A DNA stretch of 64,000 nt, taken from IMG/VR virus record IMGVR_UViG_3300003321_000927, one strand, 5' to 3'. This DNA comes from a virus. Numbering within the stretch: position 1 is the stretch's first letter; the number at the start of each line of letters is the position of its first letter. Under the pieces are notes generated by a model. The model was not told the origin of the DNA and searched no databases. It saw nothing but the letters and a program-made list of their open reading frames with translations. This document shows, one piece after another, positions 42,801 through 49,885 of the stretch. The translations under genes and the position numbers were made by a program.

Positions 42801-45481
42801 GAGAAGAGCCGCGAGTTGACTACGCCCTTCGTCAACATGAATGTCCCGACTGCGTTGATCGTGTTCTCCAGCCCCAACCCCGATGCCTGAGCCGCGAGCA
42901 GGCCGCCCGCGACGAGCTTCAGCTTGGTGCCCAGCGACGCCGACTGGAAGGAGAGATCCTTCATCTTCACACCCAACGCGGCCAGTCCGGTCGCCGCGAC
43001 CGCACCGTCTTCGCCGAAGGCCTTCAGGCCCCTAATCTTTCCGAGGGCCGCAGCGCCACCGAGACCGATCGCCGCGAAGGTCGCGATGCCGACCTTCTGG
43101 ATGTCGAGCAGGTCGTGCGTGACGGCATCGCGCGTCTTGTGCGAGTCGAAGATGACCTTGCCAACCAGATCGGTGGCGAAGGTGAGCGCGATGAAGTCAA
43201 GGCCGAGCTTCGCGGTCTGCCGCATCCCCTGGATCGCGGTGCCGAAGTTCGTCGTCATGATCCGCAGCGGCTGCTGCGTCGCGGCGGCTGCCTCTGCCGC
43301 CTCCTGCCTCAACCGCGTCTGGAGCAGCTTCGTGCGCTGATCGAAGGCAGCGAAGCCAGTGACGGGAACTGCTGCAAGCGAAACCTGCCGCGTACGAATC
43401 CTGCTTTGGAGATCGGCGACGCGCGCGGCTGCAATCGAGATCCCCACTCCCTGCTTCTGGGCGATCTGCAGCTCCTTCTCGGCGAGCGTCAGCTCGCGCG
43501 TCATCTGCAGCAGCTTCGCGTCGGACGGGAAGAGCAGCGTCTCATTGCTCTTCGCAAGTTGAAGCTCGGTCGTGGCCCGGTCCAGCTCCGCGCGGGCGAT
43601 CGCAATCTGATTCGGGATGGCGGTCTGAAGTGCGGCGTTGTACTTCGTCTGCGCGGCGGTGACCGTCTGAGTCGCTGCCGCGACATCGAGCGCCCGCCGC
43701 TTCTCGATCACCGCAAGGGCGGCGCCGCCGATTGCGGCCTCTTCGCCGACCGTGAGACCGGCACCACCAGCCGTCTGGCCACGACTGAGATTGCGGCCAG
43801 CCGAGACCTTCGAGAGCGCAACGGCGCCCCCCGTGGCGGCGAGGATACCGCCACGGACACCGGCGTTAGAGGCGGCGTTGACGCGACCGATCGAGGCGGC
43901 TGCCCGATCAGCAGCTCCGGCGACCCTGTTGTAACCGCTGACGAACTCCACGGTCGCCTTGCGCTCGGCGATCAACGCCTGGTTCTGCTCGACGTTGATG
44001 CCGCGCACAGCGTAGGCCGCCTTGGTCGCGGCGACCTGCCAACGACCCCAGACGGTGACGCCGAGGGAGGCCGCCTGGACGAGACGGCCGAAGAGCGAGG
44101 TGATCGGGCCGAAGAGCAGAAGTCCGAGCCCGAAGTCCTTCAGCAGCCCATGCAGAGGGCCGAGCTTCTGAAGGAAGTCGTCGACACCCTTACCCGCGCT
44201 TACCGCGCCGTTGACGAAGCTCAGGAAGTCAGCGCCGATGTGGATGAAGCTGTGGCCGACCTCGATACCGGTTGCGCGCAGCTTCGAAAGCTGGAGCTGG
44301 AGCTGACCGATGGGGGTCTTCAGCTTCGCTTCGTAGGCACGCTTGATGACTTCCTGCGAATGCTCGGCGTCGAACGAGAGCTGCGAGAAGACCGACGCCG
44401 TCTGCGCCCGGCGCGGGCCTGTCAGGACGAGAAACTCGGTGAGGGCGCGGATGTTCGGGAACAGCTTCGCCATCGCCTCGTTTGTGGTCCCGACCTGCGC
44501 CTTGATCTTCGCGAGAGCGAGGGCGTCGCCGCCGAGTCCGGCCGCCAGCGTCTTCGTGTTGATCTTGACCGGCGCATCCCCGAGCTTGTTCAGCTCGGTG
44601 CGCAGGGCAATCAGCGTCGGCAGAAGGCCGATCTGCGGATCGCGGATCGACTTGATGACCGCGGTCGGCGAAGTGCCGACCGAGGCGAGCGCCTTCTGGG
44701 TGATCGGCTGGGCCTTCTGGATCTGCGAGAGGAGGGCGCGGACGCCGGTGACGGCGAGGTTGGCGTTCAGGCCCTGGCGCGTCGTCGCGGCGATTGCAGC
44801 GCCGAGCTGGTCGTAGGAGAGGCCGAGCGCGTTGGCGATCGGGATGGCGCGACCCATCGCCCCGGCCAGCTCATCCGTCGGCAGCTTGCCTGCGTTGATC
44901 GTTCCGATCAGGATGGCGACGGACTGGTTCGCGCTGAGCGAGGTGCGGCTCGCGGTCTGCCCGGCAATGCCGTACGCGTCGAGTGATGAGGCGACGGCGT
45001 CCGCGACATCACGAATCGATCCGAGACCGGCTGCCGAGGCCTTTGCGATCGGCCCCATCGCGGCGATCGTCTGATTGGTGCGGAAGCCGACCGACTGCAG
45101 CTCGAAGACGGCGTCGGCGAGGTCGGAGAAGTTGTTGACGATCGTCGAGCTGCCGAGGTTCAACATCGCGCGCGAAAGGCGCTGGGTGTCAGCAGCCGTC
45201 GTGTTCGTGATACCGCCGATCTTCGCGACCGAGGTCTCGAAGTCCGCCGCCAGCTTCGCGCTTGCAACCCCGAGCAAACCGAGCGGGACCGTCAGATTGC
45301 GCGTGAAGAAGTTTCCGACCTGGACGGTGCGGCGGCCGACGGCGCGCAGGCTTTCGTCGACCTTGCGACCAACGACCGTCGACGCCTGCAGCTCGGCGTT
45401 GAATGCAGCGACCTGCTGAGTCGCCAGCCTCAACTGCGCGTCATTAACGGTGATCGCGTAGGCGAGATCCTGGCGAGCCAC
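36812..45481 (-). CDS. tail tape measure protein (2889 aa) with embedded GNAT acetyltransferase domain and duplicated internal module
   Basis: GTG at 45481 with GGAGG 8 nt upstream. The N-terminal 1400 aa are a helical Ala/Gly-rich TMP core. It lies downstream of the chaperone and major tail genes. An internal Q.VGRQL GNAT motif A is present. Confidence 0.8.
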   Translation of the reverse strand: MARQDLAYAITVNDAQLRLATQQVAAFNAELQASTVVGRKVDESLRAVGRRTVQVGNFFTRNLTVPLGLLGVASAKLAADFETSVAKIGGITNTTAADTQRLSRAMLNLGSSTIVNNFSDLADAVFELQSVGFRTNQTIAAMGPIAKASAAGLGSIRDVADAVASSLDAYGIAGQTASRTSLSANQSVAILIGTINAGKLPTDELAGAMGRAIPIANALGLSYDQLGAAIAATTRQGLNANLAVTGVRALLSQIQKAQPITQKALASVGTSPTAVIKSIRDPQIGLLPTLIALRTELNKLGDAPVKINTKTLAAGLGGDALALAKIKAQVGTTNEAMAKLFPNIRALTEFLVLTGPRRAQTASVFSQLSFDAEHSQEVIKRAYEAKLKTPIGQLQLQLSKLRATGIEVGHSFIHIGADFLSFVNGAVSAGKGVDDFLQKLGPLHGLLKDFGLGLLLFGPITSLFGRLVQAASLGVTVWGRWQVAATKAAYAVRGINVEQNQALIAERKATVEFVSGYNRVAGAADRAAASIGRVNAASNAGVRGGILAATGGAVALSKVSAGRNLSRGQTAGGAGLTVGEEAAIGGAALAVIEKRRALDVAAATQTVTAAQTKYNAALQTAIPNQIAIARAELDRATTELQLAKSNETLLFPSDAKLLQMTRELTLAEKELQIAQKQGVGISIAAARVADLQSRIRTRQVSLAAVPVTGFAAFDQRTKLLQTRLRQEAAEAAAATQQPLRIMTTNFGTAIQGMRQTAKLGLDFIALTFATDLVGKVIFDSHKTRDAVTHDLLDIQKVGIATFAAIGLGGAAALGKIRGLKAFGEDGAVAATGLAALGVKMKDLSFQSASLGTKLKLVAGGLLAAQASGLGLENTINAVGTFMLTKGVVNSRLFSGALRAIGLNALVGKGGIIGLSLAIEQLIDGTSKGRTALGKLDQFFADHIDKHVPLIGHWLSERDAHDAQARLGKIGASAKKNLENNVNDELFKQLENGLDRTLPKIGILVKQAEAARKAGREAVAETLLQQAQEQQLTANAVAAANFLRQHGHDELANILDPVNQQVKAAQHQFDTLFNHIGDSVTHAFEARTDRMLDSFDRKTDGILSAFDDKTQKLEDNLTAKVKLPNATFTVKVNGKTPAERELDALDRIQEKRNFQRDLFDSRQALGTAELVGDPVAIREAQRNIEDAQLAQRKFGLEARAKTERTAADKALDNAKKDLDKRRKLERQAIEDQRSDLRRSIEATRQVAEDNLKAALAGEQTLFQKGKISLATYKKDVQGIMRRFNVSIEQAGKDGGKAYADQMSKYFDNLTKDIQRNLDKIDKRTHDLTTRLRNLSQGIAAINAEERTDSTRKGGAAAAVTAAAAPNPITNAKIASGIPTRPAIIAAMRAAHVGGEPPQHGRPSKDEYEAWLNRYPKPLQILLRRNLRDQGFFGANTGAVVPGRGSTDSVPALLTPGEIVLNKRQQSGLASRLGITSDDPHTLFHRISRFATGGVADRHHKRTTATPMESIDQAIRRMRREGYSDAEIRGQIKQWHPTWSEGRILNSIDHANAVKTTYDPRSGLGAFVRATHGATSGDHAPNTTEDLRVLRKAYEHSPLVRLLAAASNPIEIARSLIASGFGVVPVAKTGRAFADDPSGSNAKSLFGALALFGAQFIPVTGGALRETVAASGVASRAQWERLAAGAKTWRDDRRGFLRSIPATYKEMWQEAFYPGGEGSVADTLRNARRGKNTGLGSLATDHTLSPADRRSRVINALRSDRGQITLAHGISLLDPKKRVEVLNEVRAAQWKPGGRQLAEETLLNLVSGRTYVARDQSGGLVGVANLALRDANRVGITDVFGKVKGKASGAELISLATTANSQGVGRQLVQRVMGDALKSGASKLELLSTLSGETFYEHLGFQRVGGGRSGRFELDLKSRGSRFKQALKRLATDETGALFLGRESRRIHQLLASGQAFYVPYKDRDLLPNAGFFYHSTMNEKSAKAIIESGKLLATSAERSGGFGAPPGAFATTKPGSYYGRWIVAIPKGLVGKQLKTSKYGIAHSGEDVIFRNRNYANLPQKVVAALNQKEVQIFGEFEPKEELYPEDYARFRSKTFRGQAIEARALMGAANKRIHEAARSLGLNVTDIRPGLGTWRGQKNIGYGIHVAIPKEGYDQAFENKVKALTAYVGKGFKQASLSFGRPLAPGAVGPDIHPGVFWQSGGRDIAEVQARLDQAYGEGNVGIMHSPVRRGYYVVNFGGVEAEQFKKTIGKLGISGHDISWQGSYVFDRHLPDYGIPGHKPASFQTALGKRNIRRALPHKPLLDTDVEAAARVAGTLIGRNYVPAFDETAAVENFQKLVSANKGKADWIVPKDLPGGPAGAMRRIYTMAVEYAQYRRWYDAAAFVAKQSAKREGVSTSKFVKALAYTSPSEDPTSNFNLAVAAIRAIKGEGKLTAETFAKYYKPKVGRTANGAQGKFKFHEAQMEKIADLFGVGPGRAKGRIPKLTNYFLGILENADPRAYARLAQQQSTTIDRHSTALVWPGHDSPGHAYNSFVAMYQEVARQLGWAPKEVQAASWVPQKALNKTGRWGGDFRRFITSAADAYFKGYANQYGDEALQDLMKKIESRIHYGVKGFRTGGLVPGSGSGDTVPAMLTPGEIVLNRQQQSNLSTMLGVGNVSPTSLFSMIAKRYADGGVVSENGVGQNPTPSPVPTLRVPGLGELSQWLKRLTAVVAKNSLTIENAANDPRNQALLQGLAASKGKILDARDRPGNVVEMQKRLQKLLDPVSAVSQLRSTIPHYDSLPRDKKLALQGAVAQAQAHPVNAGLVTPHANGLDTLGGTRRARGVAAIPARAFSDGGQVFTGPINITIGGGDSKDGTRIGRDIRRELQRHDSRNVAPRRGAYAGATR

Positions 45482-45565
45482 CTAAAACGCCTCCGAATGT
45501 GCAGCAGTAAGGGAGGCGCTCGCCACTGCATCCATCGTAGGCTGGCGCATCGGACGTTCCTATCC

Positions 45566-45862
45566 CTAGTTCTGGGGACGATTGACGATTTCGGATGCGA
45601 CCCGGACCTCCTCGGCGATGTGCGCCGGGAGGTCCCAGAGATCACAGGGCGGGTGGCCCGTGATCTTCAGATCAGCCAGCCATTGAATCGCCATTAGCGG
45701 CTGCGCGACGAGCGTGCCGCCATGCAGAAGATGCGCTTGTTCCTCTAGGAGGAGGAGTCGTCTTCGCTCGGCTCGGGTGAGACCGGCGTATCGTTCGTCT
45801 TCTGGGAACTCGAAGCCGCCCGTCTCTGCTTCCGGTTCGGCTTCGTCTCCTCCTCCAAAGGG
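45566..45862 (-). other. -1 frame extension of the tail assembly chaperone (candidate G/GT programmed frameshift; slippery heptamer C-CCT-TTG at 45856-45862)
   Basis: In the chaperone frame the heptamer reads CTC CCT TTG (X XXY YYZ). The -1 frame stays open about 97 codons beyond the chaperone stop, down to the TAG at 45566-45568. Confidence 0.4.
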
Positions 45863-46308
45863 AGGATCGGCTGCCCCGTCTCGGGGTCCTGAGCGAGGGG
45901 CTCGATCCCCCAGGAGATCCAGCCGTAGATCTGGTCTTCCAGTGCCGAGTCGAGCTGGTCGAGGATCGACTCGCTCCAGGGCACGTCGTAGTCCCAGGAG
46001 ACGACGGCGCGCTTGATCAGCAAGCGACGGCCCGATCCGGGAGCAACCCCACCGGTCGATTCGTTCGTGAGGTCCTGGATCGCATGCTTGTCGGCTGCGC
46101 GCAGCGGACGGAAGGTGATCCAGATCTTGCGAGCGCCCTCCTTGGGCATGATGAACATGCGCTCGATCTCGGTGTCCTTGTCGGCCTCGACGGCGGCAGC
46201 AAATTGCTCCGTGTCGAGGGTCTCGCCCTTCACGACGAAGCGCGCTTCGCCGTCCTCGGGATCGAACACGAAGCGCTTGTAGGTCTCGTTGCCAACGAGG
46301 ACTGCCAT
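45745..46308 (-). CDS. tail assembly chaperone (G-like)
   Basis: ATG at 46308 with GGAGG 5 nt upstream. Acidic protein immediately upstream of the TMP, followed by a frameshift-compatible ORF. Confidence 0.55.
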   Translation of the reverse strand: MAVLVGNETYKRFVFDPEDGEARFVVKGETLDTEQFAAAVEADKDTEIERMFIMPKEGARKIWITFRPLRAADKHAIQDLTNESTGGVAPGSGRRLLIKRAVVSWDYDVPWSESILDQLDSALEDQIYGWISWGIEPLAQDPETGQPILPLEEETKPNRKQRRAASSSQKTNDTPVSPEPSEDDSSS

Positions 46309-46559
46309 CGAACCTCCAGAGTCAGATGCCGCGGAAGATTGGTGCTGCCAAGACAGCACCACGATGACAGGAGGATCGGACGGCAGCTATCGCTAGTTCG
46401 GGGGAGAACGAAGAAACCGCCTCCCGGCGGCTTCTTCGTTCCGGCGATTCGGTGGACCGTCGCCGCCGGTATAGAGGCGCGCGCCCCGGCTGCGGCTCCA
46501 GGGCGCGCGCTACGCGGGTTGCAGAACGTTGCCGCCCCGTCCCGCGATCTTCAGCTCGA

Positions 46560-47552
46560 CTAGCTGGTCGGGCCCGCCGTGTAGGACGCGACCGAGTTCG
46601 TCACGGCGACCGTGAAGAACTTGCCCGAGACCGTATCGAGGTGGACACGTGCCGTGACGTCGACCGCCTTCAGCACGTCCGCGCCGGAGATCGGAGCCGG
46701 AGCCGAGACCTCCTGGCAGGCCGGGACGGTGATGACGATCTTGTCCGTGCCGGTGCCCGTCGCCGTCAGACGGAAGCCGATGTCCGTCGGATCGACGTCG
46801 AGCGCGTACCGGTAGAACGTCTCCATCGTCGACCGGGCCGAGAACCGCACCTCGGCGTCCGCGTTACCGTACGGCAGCGCGTACAGCTTCCGCGAGCCGA
46901 GCACGGCCTCGTCGGTGTCGAGGTTGTTCTGGTACGTGACGCCCGCCGAGGCCGCGACGATCGCCGTCTGGTCGCTGAACGTGCCGTCCAGTGTCCATTC
47001 GACCGCGACCTGGGAGAACTTGAAGCGATTCGACGAGTCATACGAGGCGACCGGGGCCGTCTGCGTGTCGTCGAGATCGAGCGCGATCCAGTTCGCGTCC
47101 ATCTTGACGTAGTCGTTCGCCGCGATGTTCACCTGCAGCTCGTTGCCGCGCGCGTCCCAGAAGAGGTCGACGATGGCCGCCTGGCCTGCCGCCTTCGGGT
47201 CGTTGCGGATCGCGAAGATCGAGTGCGGCTCCGGCACCTTGCCAGCGGCCGTCGGGTCGAACGTGTGGACGTACGGCCCCGCGCCCGACGTGGCCGGGTT
47301 GCCGAGGAAGCCCGAGAGCACGCGCGGGAACGACGACGCGCGCGGCGCACCCGACATCGGCACCTCGAAGAAGCGGGTGCCGTAGTCGAGCCCGGTCGCG
47401 AAGCGGTTGCCGATCGTCTCCTGGATCGTAAGCTGCGTGGCATTGTCGTTCACGTCGGACGACTCGACCGGCACCCAGTACTCCATGCTGGTCACCTTCG
47501 TCCCCATGCCCGCTGGCTGAACTGCGAGTCCTACTGCATCGACGCGAGACAT
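46560..47552 (-). CDS. major tail (tube) protein
   Basis: 330-aa beta-rich protein in the canonical position upstream of the chaperone and TMP. Confidence 0.55.
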   Translation of the reverse strand: MSRVDAVGLAVQPAGMGTKVTSMEYWVPVESSDVNDNATQLTIQETIGNRFATGLDYGTRFFEVPMSGAPRASSFPRVLSGFLGNPATSGAGPYVHTFDPTAAGKVPEPHSIFAIRNDPKAAGQAAIVDLFWDARGNELQVNIAANDYVKMDANWIALDLDDTQTAPVASYDSSNRFKFSQVAVEWTLDGTFSDQTAIVAASAGVTYQNNLDTDEAVLGSRKLYALPYGNADAEVRFSARSTMETFYRYALDVDPTDIGFRLTATGTGTDKIVITVPACQEVSAPAPISGADVLKAVDVTARVHLDTVSGKFFTVAVTNSVASYTAGPTS

Positions 47553-47807
47553 CTACTTGTTCTCCTGTTCGGAAGAGGTTGCGAGGACGGAGGACTCGGC
47601 CTCCTGCTTGAACTTGAACGTCGAGGCGGGCCGTGCCACCTGGAAATGCACGTTCGAAGCCAGAAGGCGCTTCGCGAACTCCGTCGGAAGCTCGTACACC
47701 GCGTCGGGGACGAGGACTGGCGAGTAGCCGAACTCCCCCATCTCGTAGATGGACTGCGAGGCAGGCCCGCGGTAGGTCAAACGCATGGTGTCAGGCTTGG
47801 TCGCCAT
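47553..47807 (-). CDS. tail terminator / neck-associated protein (84 aa)
   Basis: Internal ATG at 47807. Adjacent to the major tail gene. Confidence 0.4.
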   Translation of the reverse strand: MATKPDTMRLTYRGPASQSIYEMGEFGYSPVLVPDAVYELPTEFAKRLLASNVHFQVARPASTFKFKQEAESSVLATSSEQENK

Positions 47808-47838
47808 TCGTCTCGAAGAGTAGGAAGGTGTTCGGACG

Positions 47839-48051
47839 TCATTGACTCGGCAGCAGAAAGCAGACGTAGCCGAGGGCGTCCCATTGCATTGTTGGGCAAA
47901 CGATCCAGGGCCCGTAGAGACCGGGCCTGACCACATAACCGTCTGCTTCGAGCAGCTTCGCTGCCGTCTCGATCATCTGCCAGGCGGCTTCCGGAATCGC
48001 CAGCGTCACGCCGTGGGATCCAGGATGGAGCCGGTCACCTGCAGTTCCCAA
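47839..48051 (-). CDS. hypothetical protein (70 aa)
   Basis: ORF in the neck region. Confidence 0.35.
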   Translation of the reverse strand: MGTAGDRLHPGSHGVTLAIPEAAWQMIETAAKLLEADGYVVRPGLYGPWIVCPTMQWDALGYVCFLLPSQ

Positions 48052-48470
48052 GCGCTGATCAGCATTGAAGCGACTTCCACGTCGCCATCGGGTGTGGGCG
48101 GCGTCCGACGGCGGAGGGTCCTGGCATAGAGGTCGGCCGGTCCGCTCTGGCTGTCGTAGTCGAGCTTGTGCTCCATGAAGTTGGTCAGGACCTCTTGCGC
48201 CAGAGTCCGAGTCTGCCGCTGGGCTTCCTTCCAGTCAGTGAGCGCCACGTAGAGCTTGACCTCCCAGCGCCAGTCGAAGTCGCCACCTGGCCCGGCGCCG
48301 GTGCCAGTTTCGCTCTCGACAACCTCTGGAAGGAGGAAGTAGAGCGTGATTGCGGGCAGATCCATGCGATCGATCAGCCCTGGCTCGTACTGCATCACGC
48401 TCTTGATCCCGGCGATCTGGGATGCATGCGCAATGAAGGTCTTCTCGATCAGCTCGGCAACATCAGTCAC
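48006..48470 (-). CDS. neck / tail completion protein (154 aa)
   Basis: Position and size match head-tail joining proteins. Confidence 0.45.
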   Translation of the reverse strand: MTDVAELIEKTFIAHASQIAGIKSVMQYEPGLIDRMDLPAITLYFLLPEVVESETGTGAGPGGDFDWRWEVKLYVALTDWKEAQRQTRTLAQEVLTNFMEHKLDYDSQSGPADLYARTLRRRTPPTPDGDVEVASMLISAWELQVTGSILDPTA

Positions 48471-48909
48471 GGGTCACGTCCGAGAACAAGCGGTCGTACA
48501 CGCGGCCGACGATAGTCGGCACCTGAGACAGCACCCTTCCGTAGTAGGGGCGCGGGGCGTGGTGGATCGGCTTGCTGGTGAAGACGAACTCGCCATCGGC
48601 GCCGCGGAAGCGCATCACCTTCTTCTTGCGCGGGGCGACCGTGCCGCCGGTATCGAGCGAGCGCGCGTAGCGGCTGTGGAAGGTGCCGATCACGACTGTT
48701 TCGCCGCGGACGAAGCCCTTCGTCTGCTGCTGGATCGTCTTCCGGCGCCGCGACTTCGGCCAGTTGCCCCCCTCTGGCTCAGTGCGCCGGAAATCCTCGA
48801 CGAGGGGAGGGACAAGCTCCTGGCGAAAGAGCGCCAGGCGCCGCTCGATGTTGACCGGGATCTCGCGTGAGCGCTCCAGGCCCTTGATGCGGATATTGAA
48901 GCTCGGCAC
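48463..48909 (-). CDS. head closure / neck protein (148 aa)
   Basis: Position and size fit; basic protein. Confidence 0.45.
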   Translation of the reverse strand: MPSFNIRIKGLERSREIPVNIERRLALFRQELVPPLVEDFRRTEPEGGNWPKSRRRKTIQQQTKGFVRGETVVIGTFHSRYARSLDTGGTVAPRKKKVMRFRGADGEFVFTSKPIHHAPRPYYGRVLSQVPTIVGRVYDRLFSDVTRD

Positions 48910-49539
48910 CTAGCTGACCCGGTAGATCCGGTAGTTGTCGACAGTCTCCTGGTACTGGCTCGGGATCAGAGAGCTGAGCTTGACCGGGCGACCCTGGTTG
49001 CGCGCCAGCTCGGAGAGCTTCATCACGTCGTTCAGCACCCACTCGGCGGCGGTGCCGACCGCGACCTGGATGATGTCATCGGGGACAGCCGGAAAGCCCC
49101 AGTCGGTCGTGACCGAGAGCCACCAGCCCTGAGCGAGCGACTGGGTCGTCTTCACCTTCAGGTACTCGAAAGGCATGCCGGGTTCCGGATCGTCTGGGAG
49201 CGGCCAGACATCGCCGGTGTCCTCGGTGACGTCGAACGTGACGTACTCCTCGCGATCGGGAGACCAAAGGCGGACCTCGGTCGGCCAGGCGCTGAAGTCA
49301 CCCAGGCGGACGTACCCGCGCGTCACGTCCGCAGGCGTGACGAGCACGAAGCGGCGCTTGGCAAGCTCGGCCTCCGTCTGCTTGAACTCGCGCTGGGAGC
49401 GGCGCCGGATCGCCGTCGCCGAGGCATTGATCACGCGCACGAGCGTGCGCTGGCGGTTCGACATCTGCTGGTCGTCGTAGCCGAGTAGCTCCGCGACGTC
49501 CTCGACGTCACAGAGTGCATATGGGGAAAGCTGCGGCAT
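48910..49539 (-). CDS. head-tail adaptor (gp6-like connector)
   Basis: MPQLSPYALCDVEDVAELLGYDD...RQRTLVRVINAS is typical of an adaptor N-terminus. ATG at 49539. Confidence 0.5.
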   Translation of the reverse strand: MPQLSPYALCDVEDVAELLGYDDQQMSNRQRTLVRVINASATAIRRRSQREFKQTEAELAKRRFVLVTPADVTRGYVRLGDFSAWPTEVRLWSPDREEYVTFDVTEDTGDVWPLPDDPEPGMPFEYLKVKTTQSLAQGWWLSVTTDWGFPAVPDDIIQVAVGTAAEWVLNDVMKLSELARNQGRPVKLSSLIPSQYQETVDNYRIYRVS

Positions 49540-49550
49540 CGTCTCGGCCA

Positions 49551-49880
49551 CTAGATGTCTCCCTTCTCGACGACAAAGCGACCCTTGGCGGCGCACTTGC
49601 AGGCGCCTGTCCCTGCGAAATAGAGACGGCGCTCACCGTAGGTGTCGATGTCGAAGAAGAACTCGACGACCCCATCGGACGGGTTGTCCATCGAGGCGTT
49701 GACGCCCGCGGGCAGAGCCGGGCCGACGGAGCTGAAGGTGATCAGCGTGCCGTCACCCATGTTCCTAACCTTCAGCATCCAAGTCGTGGGCGTCGTCAAG
49801 ACCTGATCGGGCAGCGTCTTGCAGGTCGCCGTGACCTTGACCCGATTGCCTTCGACGTAAGAGTTGATCGATGCGGCCAT
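49551..49880 (-). CDS. hypothetical structural protein (109 aa, Ig-like?)
   Basis: Beta-rich small ORF. Confidence 0.45.
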   Translation of the reverse strand: MAASINSYVEGNRVKVTATCKTLPDQVLTTPTTWMLKVRNMGDGTLITFSSVGPALPAGVNASMDNPSDGVVEFFFDIDTYGERRLYFAGTGACKCAAKGRFVVEKGDI

Positions 49881-49885
49881 TGCCT

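Noticed and set aside
36299-45100. Many long + strand ORFs (for example 36299-37333, 38360-39844, 40838-42415, 42602-44986, 46452-47930) lying inside the structural genes.
   Set aside because: They are antisense to long, clearly coding - strand genes (TMP, major tail). They are Arg/Gly/Asp-rich, typical of GC-rich shadow ORFs, and lack RBS or coupling.
36812-45481. Possibility that the 2889-aa ORF is two or more genes fused by an assembly or frameshift error.
   Set aside because: The reading frame is continuous, with uniform codon bias and no internal RBS-plus-start coupled to a stop. It is kept as one gene but flagged for verification.
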